64,000 nt of DNA, taken from the NCBI GenBank assembly GCA_027306505.1, contig DAHUZP010000050.1, forward strand, positions 9,363-73,362. The letters run 5' to 3'. Of the stretch, positions 19,035 to 28,039 are shown in pieces. The notes below the pieces were generated by a model. That model made no database searches. It worked only from the letters and a program-made list of their open reading frames with translations, and was not told the DNA's origin. Within the stretch, counting starts at the first letter, position 1. Each line of letters opens with the position of its first letter. The position numbers and the translations under genes are program-made. Source of the stretch: Thermoplasmata archaeon (lineage in GTDB: Archaea; Thermoplasmatota; Thermoplasmata; Lutacidiplasmatales; UBA184).

Positions 19035-19892
19035 ATGAGGATGAGCGCGGCCCCTCGGGTCTCCCCTTCCCGCGCGGAAGGCCCGACGGACCTTCGGACG
19101 CCCACCCGCCGAGGTGTGCCTTTCCGATCGGCGCTGAAGGCCTTGCCCTTCCTCTTGCGGAATCCCTCGACCGTTCCCCGGGTCCTTCGCAGATCGTTCC
19201 CTGAGGCCTTCCTGGACCACTTGATCCGCGTGGGCGAGGAGGAGCTGGGGTCGGACCGGGCCTCGGCCGAGCCCGCCCCCTCACCCCAGGAGCTCGCCCG
19301 ATGGGAGGCGGACCGTCGAGTACGCCGTACCCGCGCAGGGACCTATGGAGGTCCCTACTACCTGCTGCTCTACCGGACGGTACGGCGCCTACGGCCCCGC
19401 ATCGTGGTCGAGACGGGCGTCGCGAGCGGGCTCTCGACTGCCCTCATCCTCAGCGCGTTCGAGCGGAACGGGGTTCCTGCGCACCTCTACTCCGCGGACC
19501 TCCCGTTCCAAGGGTACCGGACCGACCAGGGCCGACGCACGCAGAACGAAGCCGTGCTCGGAGAGTTCGCGGCCTTTGTCCCCAAGCGATGGCGACCTGC
19601 ACCGGATGGAGATGCGAAGGGACCGTGGACCCTGGTCCTCGGCGACACGCGGAAGACCCTTCCGGCCTTGCTCGACCAGCTCGGGCGGATCGACCTGTTC
19701 ATCCACGACTCCGCCCATACGAGCGAGGTCATGGGGTTCGAGTACCGCGAGGCCTGGCCCCACCTTTCGCCGGGAGGGGCCCTCGCCTCGGACGACATCG
19801 GTTGGAACGAGGCGTTCCCCGAGTTCCTTCGCTCGGTGAAGGTCGAGGGCTACCAAGGCTCGAGGTTCGGGCTCGCCGTGAAGCCGCGTTAG
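19035..19892 (+). CDS. Class I SAM-dependent methyltransferase (Methyltransf_24/CmcI-like)
   Basis: Motif I IVVETGVASGLST and downstream DLFIHDSAHT ... GGALASDDI. The track ORF starts at 18861 and overlaps the GT4 gene. An in-frame ATG at 19035 lies after the GT4 stop. Confidence 0.7.
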   Translation: MRMSAAPRVSPSRAEGPTDLRTPTRRGVPFRSALKALPFLLRNPSTVPRVLRRSFPEAFLDHLIRVGEEELGSDRASAEPAPSPQELARWEADRRVRRTRAGTYGGPYYLLLYRTVRRLRPRIVVETGVASGLSTALILSAFERNGVPAHLYSADLPFQGYRTDQGRRTQNEAVLGEFAAFVPKRWRPAPDGDAKGPWTLVLGDTRKTLPALLDQLGRIDLFIHDSAHTSEVMGFEYREAWPHLSPGGALASDDIGWNEAFPEFLRSVKVEGYQGSRFGLAVKPR

Positions 19893-20254
19893 GCGAGCGC
19901 TGCTTTGAGCCCGGCCCGGCTCGAGAGGAGCCCCAAGAGCGCGTCCAGTGCCCCACGCCGTCTCTCCCCGGCGTTCGGGAGCGCGTCCGGGAAGTACGGG
20001 GCCGCGCCGTGCCGAGAGGAGCGGGAGCCAGGGGAGCGCTGTGCCGCGGTCGGAGAGAGGGGAGAGCAGCGATCTCCGCGCGCAGATGGTTCACCCGGGC
20101 CCTTTAATGGCAGGAACTGTTGGGGTGGCCCACCAGGGACGACCTCCGGCGCTCGCTGGCCGATCGCCCGTTCCGAACCCCCTCCTCCGGAACGGGCACG
20201 GGGCCGGCCAGCACCGGTCCACGGCCCGCATAAGGCAGGAACGGAGCCCAGAGG

Positions 20255-22270
20255 ATGGTCGACACGGACGAGCTCTGCGTCAACACCCTTCGTTTCCTCG
20301 CGGTAGATGCCGTCGAGAAGGCGAAGTCCGGTCACCCCGGTCTTCCTCTCGGCGCGGCCCCCATGGCCTACGTGCTGTGGGACCGGTTCCTGCGGCATCA
20401 CCCCACGAACCCCTCCTGGTGGAACCGCGATCGGTTCGTCCTCTCGGCCGGACACGGTTCCGCCCTCCTCTACGCGCTCCTGCACTCCACCGGCTACCGA
20501 CTCTCCATCTCGGACCTGCAGCAGTTCCGCCAGTGGGGGAGCCTCACCCCCGGGCACCCGGAGCATGGGCTCACCGCCGGGGTCGAAGCGACCACCGGCC
20601 CGCTCGGGCAGGGGTTCGCGATGGGGGTGGGAATGGCCATCGCGGAGCGCCACCTCGCCTCGCGCTTCAACCGACCCGGTTTCCCGGTGATCGATCACCG
20701 TACCTACGCGATCGTCTCGGACGGGGACCTGATGGAGGGGATCGCCTCCGAGGCGGGCTCCCTCGCGGGCCACCTCGGGCTGGGGAAGCTCCTCTGCCTC
20801 TACGACAACAACCACATCTCGCTCGAGGGCCCCACCACCCTCGCCTTCTCCGAGTCGGTGCCCGATCGCTTCCGGGCCTACGGCTGGCACGTGGAGGTCG
20901 TGGACGATGGCAACGACCTCGCCGCCATCGATCGGGCGATCCGGGCGGGAGAGGCCGTCACGGACCGCCCGTCCCTGATCTCGCTTCGGACCCACATCGG
21001 CTACGGCAGTCCGCGGCAGGACACCCATCTCGCCCACGGCGAGCCCTTGGGTCCGGAAGGGACCCGGGCCACCAAGCAGAAGCTGGGCTGGCCCCTCGAG
21101 CCGGCCTTCTTCGAGCCGGAGGAGGCGAAGGCCCACTTCCTGCGCGCGAAGGAGCGCGGGGAGAAGTGGGTGCAGGAGTGGAACGGGCTCTTCCAACGGT
21201 ACCGGGCCGCGGAGCCCGCGCTGGCGAAGGAACTGGAGCGCCTCTTCCAGTCCCAGAGGCCCGTCGGGTGGGAAGCAGACCTTCCGGTCTTCCGACCGGA
21301 GGGCGGTGCCATCGCCACCCGCGACGCTTCGAACCAGGTCCTGAACGCCTTGGCGCCTCGTCTCCCTGAGCTTCTGGGTGGCTCGGGGGACCTCTCCCCA
21401 TCCACCAAGACCCTGCTGGATGGGACGGGAGACTTCGAGCGCGGCACGGATGCGGGGCGCAACGTGCACTTCGGCGTCCGGGAGCACGCAATGGTCGCCA
21501 TCCTCAACGGTATGGCCCTGCATGGAGGGACCCTTCCCTACGGCGCCACGTTCCTGGTCTTCTCGGACTACGCTCGAGGAGCGATTCGGCTATCGGCCTT
21601 GATGCAGACCCACATCGTGATGGTCTTCACGCATGACTCGGTCGCGGTCGGGGAGGACGGTCCGACGCACGAGCCCATCGAGCAGGTCCTGAGCCTTCGT
21701 GCGATCCCGGGCCTGCGAGTGTTCCGCCCCGCGGACGCGAACGAGACCCAGATCGCCTGGAGGCTCGCGGTCGCCCATCCCGGTCCCACCGCCCTCATCC
21801 TCACCCGACAGAAGCTCCCTGTCCTGGCCTCGACGCTCCGGTCGCCGGAGGAAGGGGTCGCACGCGGAGCCTACCTGATCTCCCCGGCTCGGGGCGGCCC
21901 TCCCGAGGTCGTGCTCGTATCGACCGGGTCCGAAGTGCACCTCGCGCTCGCGGCACAGCTCAAGCTCGACGCGGAGGGCACGCGGGTCTCGGTGGTGTCC
22001 ATGCCCTCTTGGGAGCTCTTCGACGCCCAGCCCGTGGAGTACCGGAACTCCGTGCTGCCCCCCGACACCCCGAAGATCTCGATCGAGGCCGGGGTCACCA
22101 TCGGGTGGGCCCGGTACGTCGGCGCCTCAGGGGCCTCGCTCGGGATCGACCGCTTCGGTGCCTCGGCCCCGGGCCCCGTGGTCCAGGAACGGCTCGGTCT
22201 TACCGTGGACCGGGTGCTCTCCCTGGTCCGCTCCGTCCAGGGCTCACGGAAGGGGGCCCCCGCCGCATGA
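20255..22270 (+). CDS. tkt: Transketolase
   Basis: [45 protein letters not shown] and [12 protein letters not shown] blocks. Full length, 671 aa. Confidence 0.95.
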   Translation: MVDTDELCVNTLRFLAVDAVEKAKSGHPGLPLGAAPMAYVLWDRFLRHHPTNPSWWNRDRFVLSAGHGSALLYALLHSTGYRLSISDLQQFRQWGSLTPGHPEHGLTAGVEATTGPLGQGFAMGVGMAIAERHLASRFNRPGFPVIDHRTYAIVSDGDLMEGIASEAGSLAGHLGLGKLLCLYDNNHISLEGPTTLAFSESVPDRFRAYGWHVEVVDDGNDLAAIDRAIRAGEAVTDRPSLISLRTHIGYGSPRQDTHLAHGEPLGPEGTRATKQKLGWPLEPAFFEPEEAKAHFLRAKERGEKWVQEWNGLFQRYRAAEPALAKELERLFQSQRPVGWEADLPVFRPEGGAIATRDASNQVLNALAPRLPELLGGSGDLSPSTKTLLDGTGDFERGTDAGRNVHFGVREHAMVAILNGMALHGGTLPYGATFLVFSDYARGAIRLSALMQTHIVMVFTHDSVAVGEDGPTHEPIEQVLSLRAIPGLRVFRPADANETQIAWRLAVAHPGPTALILTRQKLPVLASTLRSPEEGVARGAYLISPARGGPPEVVLVSTGSEVHLALAAQLKLDAEGTRVSVVSMPSWELFDAQPVEYRNSVLPPDTPKISIEAGVTIGWARYVGASGASLGIDRFGASAPGPVVQERLGLTVDRVLSLVRSVQGSRKGAPAA

Positions 22271-23943
22271 ACGCGGAAGTCCCTGCCGTGGAGCTCCTCC
22301 TCCCTCCGGGAACCGAAGCCGACGCCATCCGCGCGCGCGAGAGCGCCTGGGGGCGCGACCGTCTGCCTGAGCGGGTGTGGAAGAAGGACCCGTCGCTCTG
22401 GCCCGAAGCCCCCGCCGCCGAGGTCCCGGATCGCACCGGCTGGCTCGACCTGCCCGCGCGCATGGGGGGAGAGATCGCCGGGCTCACCGCCTTCACCGAG
22501 GAGGTACGAGGAGAGGGGTTCGACCACGCGGTGCTCCTGGGGATGGGGGGTTCGAGCCTCGCGCCGCACGTCTTCCGCGGCGTCTTCGGACATCGGGTGG
22601 GCCACCTCGACCTTACGGTCCTCGACAGCACCCACCCGGACGCGGTCGCCCGGGTCGCCTCTTCCGTGCCGCTCGACCGGACCCTCTTCGTGGTCTCGAG
22701 CAAGTCGGGCACCACCCTCGAGCCGCTCTCGTTCATGCGGTTCTTCTGGCAGCGGGTGAAGGCGCTGGGGAGGCCCCCCGGGCGCCAGTTCATCGCGATC
22801 ACCGACCCTGGCACCCCCCTCGCCTCCCTCGCCCGTGATCGAGGCTTCCGTCGCGTGTTCGATGCCCTGCCGACGGTCGGAGGTCGCTACAGCGCGCTGA
22901 CGTTCTTCGGGCTGGTCCCGGCGGCGCTCCTCGGCATCGACCTCAAGGCCCTCCAGGAGGGCGCGGCCCGGATGGCCGCTGCCTGCGGACCCTCCAAGGC
23001 CCCCCCGGAGAACCCGGGCGTGCACCTGGGAGCCATCGTCGGGGAGCTCGCCTCCCGTGGCCGCAACAAGCTCACCGTCCACGCGGGGGGCCACCTCGCC
23101 CTGTTCCCCATCTGGCTCGAGCAGCTCGTCGCGGAGAGCACGGGGAAGCACGGTCGCGGGATCGTCCCGGTGGCGGCGGAGCCCGCCATCCCTCCGAGCC
23201 GATATGGAGCGGACCGTCTCTTCGTCGAGATCCAGGACGCGACCGCACAGGACACGGGGCTCGCCCAGCAGACGGACCGCCTGATCGCATCGGGACAACC
23301 CGTGGTGCGGATCCGGGTGCCGTCGCCGGTCTCGCTCGGCGGTGAGTTCCTCCGCTGGGAGCTCGCGATCGCTCTCGCCGGGAGCGTCATCGGGATCGAC
23401 CCGTTCGACCAGCCAGATGTGGAGATCGCGAAGGAACTCGCACGCGAGGCGATGCAGGGGGCGTCCTCGGGTGGGAAGGTGTCCGCTCCGGCCCCTCAGC
23501 CTCTGCCTGTCGCGGATACGGCGGCCCTTCGGCGGGCGCTCGTCGCCTGGGCCGAGGGACGCGAGAGCGGAGGCTACGTCGCGATCCAGGCGTTCGTCGC
23601 ACCCACGCCCGAGATGGCCCGCGCGCTCGATGACCTGAGAGCCGTACTGCTCCAGGCGCTCCACCTTCCGCTCACGATGGGCTACGGACCACGCTTCCTC
23701 CACTCCACGGGCCAGCTCCACAAAGGCGGACCCGCCGGAGGGCTCTTCTTGCAGCTCACCGACGAGCCCCAAGCGGACCTCCCCGTCCCCGAGGAGGACT
23801 ACACCTTCGGCCAGATCATCCGGGCCCAGGCCCAGGGCGACGCCCAGGCCCTGGTCCAGCGACAGCGACGCGTCCTGCGGGTCCACCTCGGAGGCGACCC
23901 GCTCCAGGGCGTCGCCCAGCTCAAGGGGGCCCTGCCCTGGTAA
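22267..23943 (+). CDS. pgi: Glucose-6-phosphate isomerase
   Basis: The ATG at 22267 overlaps the tkt stop (ATGA). [35 protein letters not shown] and [14 protein letters not shown] blocks of the SIS-fold PGI family. Confidence 0.85.
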   Translation: MNAEVPAVELLLPPGTEADAIRARESAWGRDRLPERVWKKDPSLWPEAPAAEVPDRTGWLDLPARMGGEIAGLTAFTEEVRGEGFDHAVLLGMGGSSLAPHVFRGVFGHRVGHLDLTVLDSTHPDAVARVASSVPLDRTLFVVSSKSGTTLEPLSFMRFFWQRVKALGRPPGRQFIAITDPGTPLASLARDRGFRRVFDALPTVGGRYSALTFFGLVPAALLGIDLKALQEGAARMAAACGPSKAPPENPGVHLGAIVGELASRGRNKLTVHAGGHLALFPIWLEQLVAESTGKHGRGIVPVAAEPAIPPSRYGADRLFVEIQDATAQDTGLAQQTDRLIASGQPVVRIRVPSPVSLGGEFLRWELAIALAGSVIGIDPFDQPDVEIAKELAREAMQGASSGGKVSAPAPQPLPVADTAALRRALVAWAEGRESGGYVAIQAFVAPTPEMARALDDLRAVLLQALHLPLTMGYGPRFLHSTGQLHKGGPAGGLFLQLTDEPQADLPVPEEDYTFGQIIRAQAQGDAQALVQRQRRVLRVHLGGDPLQGVAQLKGALPW

Positions 23944-23990
23944 GGGGCCCGCCCGTTACACGTTCCACAGAGACAGGAGAAGGAGAGCGC

Positions 23991-24917
23991 ATGCAACTAG
24001 GAATGATCGGCCTCGGGAAGATGGGCGCCAACATGACCGTTCGGCTCGTCAAGGGCGGGCACACCGTGGTCGGGTACGCCCGTACCCCCGCGACGGTGCA
24101 GGGCCTCGTCTCCCAGGGAGCCAAGGGTGCGAGCTCGCTCGAGGACCTCATCCGGCAGCTCACCCCCCCTCGGACCGTCTGGCTGATGGTCCCCTCCGGC
24201 GCGACCGTGGACCAGACGCTCGAGTCGCTCCGCCCGCTGCTCGCCCCCGGCGACCTCATCGTCGACGGCGGGAACTCCTACTACAAGGACAGCGTCCGGC
24301 GTGCCTCCCAGGTGAAGGGCTGGGGTCTGCGCTTCATGGACGTGGGCACCAGCGGAGGGATCTGGGGGCTCGAGGAGGGCTACAGCATGATGGTGGGAGG
24401 AGCCCCAGAGGACGTCGCGCAGGTGCGTCCCGCCCTGGAGACGCTCGCTCCCGGCCCCGCGAAGGGCTGGGGCCACGTGGGTCCGGTGGGTGCGGGCCAC
24501 TTCGTGAAGATGGTCCACAACGGGATCGAGTACGGGATGATGCAGGCCTACGCCGAGGGCTTCGCCGTGATGGAGGCGAAGCCGGAGTTCCCGATCGACC
24601 TCCACCAGGTCGCGAGCATCTGGCGCTACGGCAGCGTGGTACGCTCCTGGCTGCTCGAGCTGACCGAGTCCGCGCTGGAGGAGAACCCGACGCTGGTCGG
24701 CGTGAAGGCCTGGGTCGCCGACTCCGGCGAGGGCCGCTGGACGGTCCAGGAGGGGCTCGACCTCAATGTGCCGACGCCCGTGATCGCGCTCGCGCTCGAG
24801 AACCGCATCCGGTCCCGGGAGGACGACCCGTTCGCGGAGAAGCTCCTCGCGCTCATGCGCAACAAGTTCGGCGGCCACGCCGTCCAGACGGAAGGCGCCG
24901 CAGCCCCCAGGAAGTAG
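23991..24917 (+). CDS. gnd: 6-phosphogluconate dehydrogenase, short decarboxylating (Gnd-like, ~300 aa) form
   Basis: Rossmann block MQLGMIGLGKMGANMTVRLVKGGH, DGGNSYYKD, and GAGHFVKMVHNGIEYGMMQAYAEG. A GGAG motif lies upstream of the ATG. Confidence 0.9.
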   Translation: MQLGMIGLGKMGANMTVRLVKGGHTVVGYARTPATVQGLVSQGAKGASSLEDLIRQLTPPRTVWLMVPSGATVDQTLESLRPLLAPGDLIVDGGNSYYKDSVRRASQVKGWGLRFMDVGTSGGIWGLEEGYSMMVGGAPEDVAQVRPALETLAPGPAKGWGHVGPVGAGHFVKMVHNGIEYGMMQAYAEGFAVMEAKPEFPIDLHQVASIWRYGSVVRSWLLELTESALEENPTLVGVKAWVADSGEGRWTVQEGLDLNVPTPVIALALENRIRSREDDPFAEKLLALMRNKFGGHAVQTEGAAAPRK

Positions 24918-24927
24918 GACGCGAGCG

Positions 24928-26481
24928 ATGCCTGCCCCCACCCCCCCGGCTCCGCCCTCGCCCGTGCGCCTCTCGTCCCCTCCTCCGACCCCCGCCACCC
25001 CCTCGGGGGGGGCCATGCCGGACCCGCACCTCTTCGTGGTGCTCGGGGCGACCGGGGACCTCATGCAACGGAAGCTCCTCCCCTCGATCTACCACCTGCA
25101 CGCCCGGGGAGAGGTCCCTCCGCAGAGCGTCGTCCTGGGCGCCGCCCGCAAGCCGATGGACGACGCGGGATTCCAGGCGCTGTGCACGGGGGCCCTCGCG
25201 GCCGCGGGCGAGAGCGACGCCGCCGCTGTGCAGAACTGGGTCTCCAGCAGCCTGCGGTATCAGACCCTCGGCGACGACGGACCGGGAGGACCTTACGTCT
25301 CGCTGGCCTCCCGAATCGCTTCCCTGGAGCAGGAACGGAGGCTTACCGGTAACCGGGTCTTCTATCTCGCGCTCCCCGCGGAAGCCGTGCCCAAGGTCGT
25401 CCAAGGGCTGGGGCAGGCGGGGCTATCGAAGAGCCCGGGCTGGTGCCGCGTCGTCGTGGAGAAGCCGTTCGGGCGGGACCTCGCGAGCGCACAGCGGCTG
25501 AACCAGGTCCTGCACGGGGCCTTCGACGAGTCGCAGATCTTCCGGATCGACCACTACCTCGGCAAAGAGACCGTGCAGAACCTGCTGGTCCTGCGCTTCG
25601 CGAACGCCTTCATCGAATCCGACTGGAACCGGGAAGAGGTGGAGGACGTCCAGATCACCGTCGCGGAGTCCCTCGGGGTCGAGGACCGGGCCGGCTACTA
25701 CGAGACCGAGGGGGCGATGCGGGACATGGTGCAAAACCATCTCACGCAGGTGCTCACGCTCGTCGCGATGGAGCCTCCCGCGACGTGGACCGCCGACGCG
25801 GTGCGCAACGAGAAGGTGAAGGTGCTTCGCTCCGCCCATCCCCTTCGGAGCGAGGACGTGGTCTTCGGGCAGTACCAGGAGGGCTCGGTGAGGGGGCAGA
25901 CCGTCAGCGGCTATCAGTCGGAACCCGGGGTGAAGCCGGGATCGAGGACCGAGACGTTCGTCGCGCTGCGCATGGAGATCTCGAACTGGCGCTGGCACGG
26001 CGTGCCGTTCTTCCTGCGCACCGGCAAGCGGATGCCGGCCAAGTCGACGCGGGTCGTCGTGACCTTCCGCGCCCCCCCGGTCTCGTTCTTCCCCCGATCG
26101 ACGGACTACCAGATGAGCCCGGACCGCCTCACGATCATGCTCCAGCCGGACGAGGGGTTCGAGCTCTCCTTCGAGATCAAGGTCCCCGGCCGGGCCATCC
26201 GTACGCAGACCCACCGGATGCGCTTCCATTACGCGGACGCCTTCGGCACGCTCTCGGACGGGTATGAGGCCCTTCTCCTGGACGTCCTGAGGGGTGACCC
26301 CACCCACTTCGTCCGCGCGGACGAGGTGGAGGAGGCCTGGAAGCTCTTCGACCCGATCCTTTCCAACCCACCCCCGGTGCGCCCCTACGCCGCGGGGACC
26401 CTGGGGCCCCCCGAAGCGCAACGGATCGTGGAGGAGATCGGACACCGATGGCACGACGACGAGCCCCCCGCTGGATCGTAG
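24928..26481 (+). CDS. zwf: Glucose-6-phosphate 1-dehydrogenase (classical Zwf type)
   Basis: FVVLGATGDLMQRKLLPSIYHL, RIDHYLGKETVQNLL and the C-terminal dimerisation domain. The first 29 aa are Pro-rich. An alternative ATG at 25015 (MPDPHLFVV...) fits homologue N-termini better. Confidence 0.93.
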   Translation: MPAPTPPAPPSPVRLSSPPPTPATPSGGAMPDPHLFVVLGATGDLMQRKLLPSIYHLHARGEVPPQSVVLGAARKPMDDAGFQALCTGALAAAGESDAAAVQNWVSSSLRYQTLGDDGPGGPYVSLASRIASLEQERRLTGNRVFYLALPAEAVPKVVQGLGQAGLSKSPGWCRVVVEKPFGRDLASAQRLNQVLHGAFDESQIFRIDHYLGKETVQNLLVLRFANAFIESDWNREEVEDVQITVAESLGVEDRAGYYETEGAMRDMVQNHLTQVLTLVAMEPPATWTADAVRNEKVKVLRSAHPLRSEDVVFGQYQEGSVRGQTVSGYQSEPGVKPGSRTETFVALRMEISNWRWHGVPFFLRTGKRMPAKSTRVVVTFRAPPVSFFPRSTDYQMSPDRLTIMLQPDEGFELSFEIKVPGRAIRTQTHRMRFHYADAFGTLSDGYEALLLDVLRGDPTHFVRADEVEEAWKLFDPILSNPPPVRPYAAGTLGPPEAQRIVEEIGHRWHDDEPPAGS

Positions 26482-27230
26482 GCGAGGACCTCTCGGAGGC
26501 CTCCTCGCTCCTCGCCTCGCACGTCGCCGAGGTCGCCCGGAGGGCCGTTCGGGCGCGGGGACGCTTCCGTCTCGTCGTCGCCGGGGGGAACACCCCGCGC
26601 GAGCTCTACCAGATGCTGGGCGACGGGACCGTGGGCCCCCTGCCCTGGTCGCGGACCTGGGTGTACTGGGGCGATGAGCGGCTGGTCCCTCCGGACCGGC
26701 CCGAGAGCAACTTCCGGATGACCCGGGAGTCTCTCCTCGACCACGTTGGGGTCCCTCCCGGTCACGTTCGTCGGATGCGCGGGGAGCTCGAGCCTCCCGC
26801 TGCCGCTACCCGTGACTACGAACGTTCGCTCGCCTCCGCGCTGGCGGGCCCAGGACCGGCCTTCGACCTCGTCCTGCTCGGCATGGGCCCGGACGCCCAC
26901 ACCGCTTCGCTCTTCCCGAACGCCCCGGAGCTTGCCATCCGCAACCGCGGGGTGGCGCTCGTCCCCCGTTCCCCGGACCCTCCCCAGGTCCCCCGGCTCA
27001 CGCTCACGCTTCCCGCCCTCACCTCCTCCCGCTCGATCTGCTTCCTGGTCGCAGGCGACGACAAGGCCCAAGCGCTCGTGCAGACCTTTCGCAGCCTCCC
27101 CGGGGGCTCTCCCCGCTACCCTTCCAGCCTCGTCCTGGCGAGGGCACCAGCCCGCACCCGGGTCTACCTGGACCGCGGGGCGGCCGCCCGGCTTCCCTCT
27201 CGCGCGCTCGAGGCAGGGAGAACACGATGA
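26448..27230 (+). CDS. pgl: 6-phosphogluconolactonase
   Basis: RFRLVVAGGNTPRELY, WVYWGDERLVPPDRPESNF and FDLVLLGMGPDAHTASLFP. It overlaps the zwf 3' end by 34 nt. Confidence 0.9.
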   Translation: MARRRAPRWIVGEDLSEASSLLASHVAEVARRAVRARGRFRLVVAGGNTPRELYQMLGDGTVGPLPWSRTWVYWGDERLVPPDRPESNFRMTRESLLDHVGVPPGHVRRMRGELEPPAAATRDYERSLASALAGPGPAFDLVLLGMGPDAHTASLFPNAPELAIRNRGVALVPRSPDPPQVPRLTLTLPALTSSRSICFLVAGDDKAQALVQTFRSLPGGSPRYPSSLVLARAPARTRVYLDRGAAARLPSRALEAGRTR

Positions 27231-27940
27231 AGGACGAGAAGGCCCGAAAGGTCCTGGTGATCGACGTGGGTGGAACGCATGTGAAGGTCCTCGCGACGGG
27301 CCGCCCAAAGGAGGTCAAGATCGCCTCCGGGAAGTCGATGAGCGGCCCCGACATGGTCCGAGCGGTGAGGAAAACGACGAGATCGTGGTCCTTCGACGTG
27401 GTCTCGATCGGGTACCCTGGACCGGTGCTCCACGGTCGGCCGGTCCGTGACCCTGTCAACCTCGGTCCGGGCTGGGTCGGCCTCGATTTCGCAAAGGCCT
27501 TCGGCAAGCCGGTGCGGCTGGTGAACGACGCTGCGATGCAGGCCCTGGGGAGCTACCAAGGCGGGCGAATGCTCTTCCTGGGGCTCGGGACCGGCCTCGG
27601 CACCGCGATGATCGTCGATGGTCTCATCGAGCCGATGGAGCTCGCCCATCTGCCCTACAAGAAGGGCCGCACCTACGAGGACTTCGTCGGGGAGCGAGGG
27701 CGCGAGCGCCTGGGCAACAAGAAGTGGCGCAAGGAGGTCGCGGACGTGATCGAGCGGCTGCGAGCGGCCCTCGAGCCGGACGAGGTCGTGCTCGGTGGTG
27801 GCAACGAGAAGCGCGTGAAGGAGCTTCCGGACGGGGTCCGGCGGGGCGACAACCGCAACGCCTTCCTCGGAGGGTTCCGCATGTGGCAGACGGACCGGCT
27901 CCGCTCGAAGAGCGCGGAGAAGGGCCGAGGAAAGCCTTGA
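27227..27940 (+). CDS. ROK-family glucokinase (polyphosphate/ATP glucokinase PpgK-like)
   Basis: The ATG overlaps the pgl stop (ATGA at 27227-27230). VLVIDVGGTHVKV, the VSIGYPGPV region and VRLVNDAAMQALG are ROK/PpgK-like. Confidence 0.8.
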   Translation: MKDEKARKVLVIDVGGTHVKVLATGRPKEVKIASGKSMSGPDMVRAVRKTTRSWSFDVVSIGYPGPVLHGRPVRDPVNLGPGWVGLDFAKAFGKPVRLVNDAAMQALGSYQGGRMLFLGLGTGLGTAMIVDGLIEPMELAHLPYKKGRTYEDFVGERGRERLGNKKWRKEVADVIERLRAALEPDEVVLGGGNEKRVKELPDGVRRGDNRNAFLGGFRMWQTDRLRSKSAEKGRGKP

Positions 27941-28039
27941 GCGGCCCGCGCGCTTCCCCGACACCGCGCCCGGAGCGCAGGTTCTTCAGGACCGCTCCCA
28001 CTCCCCCACGCTGAAGGAGCCCCCCTTCGGAGCCAGAGC

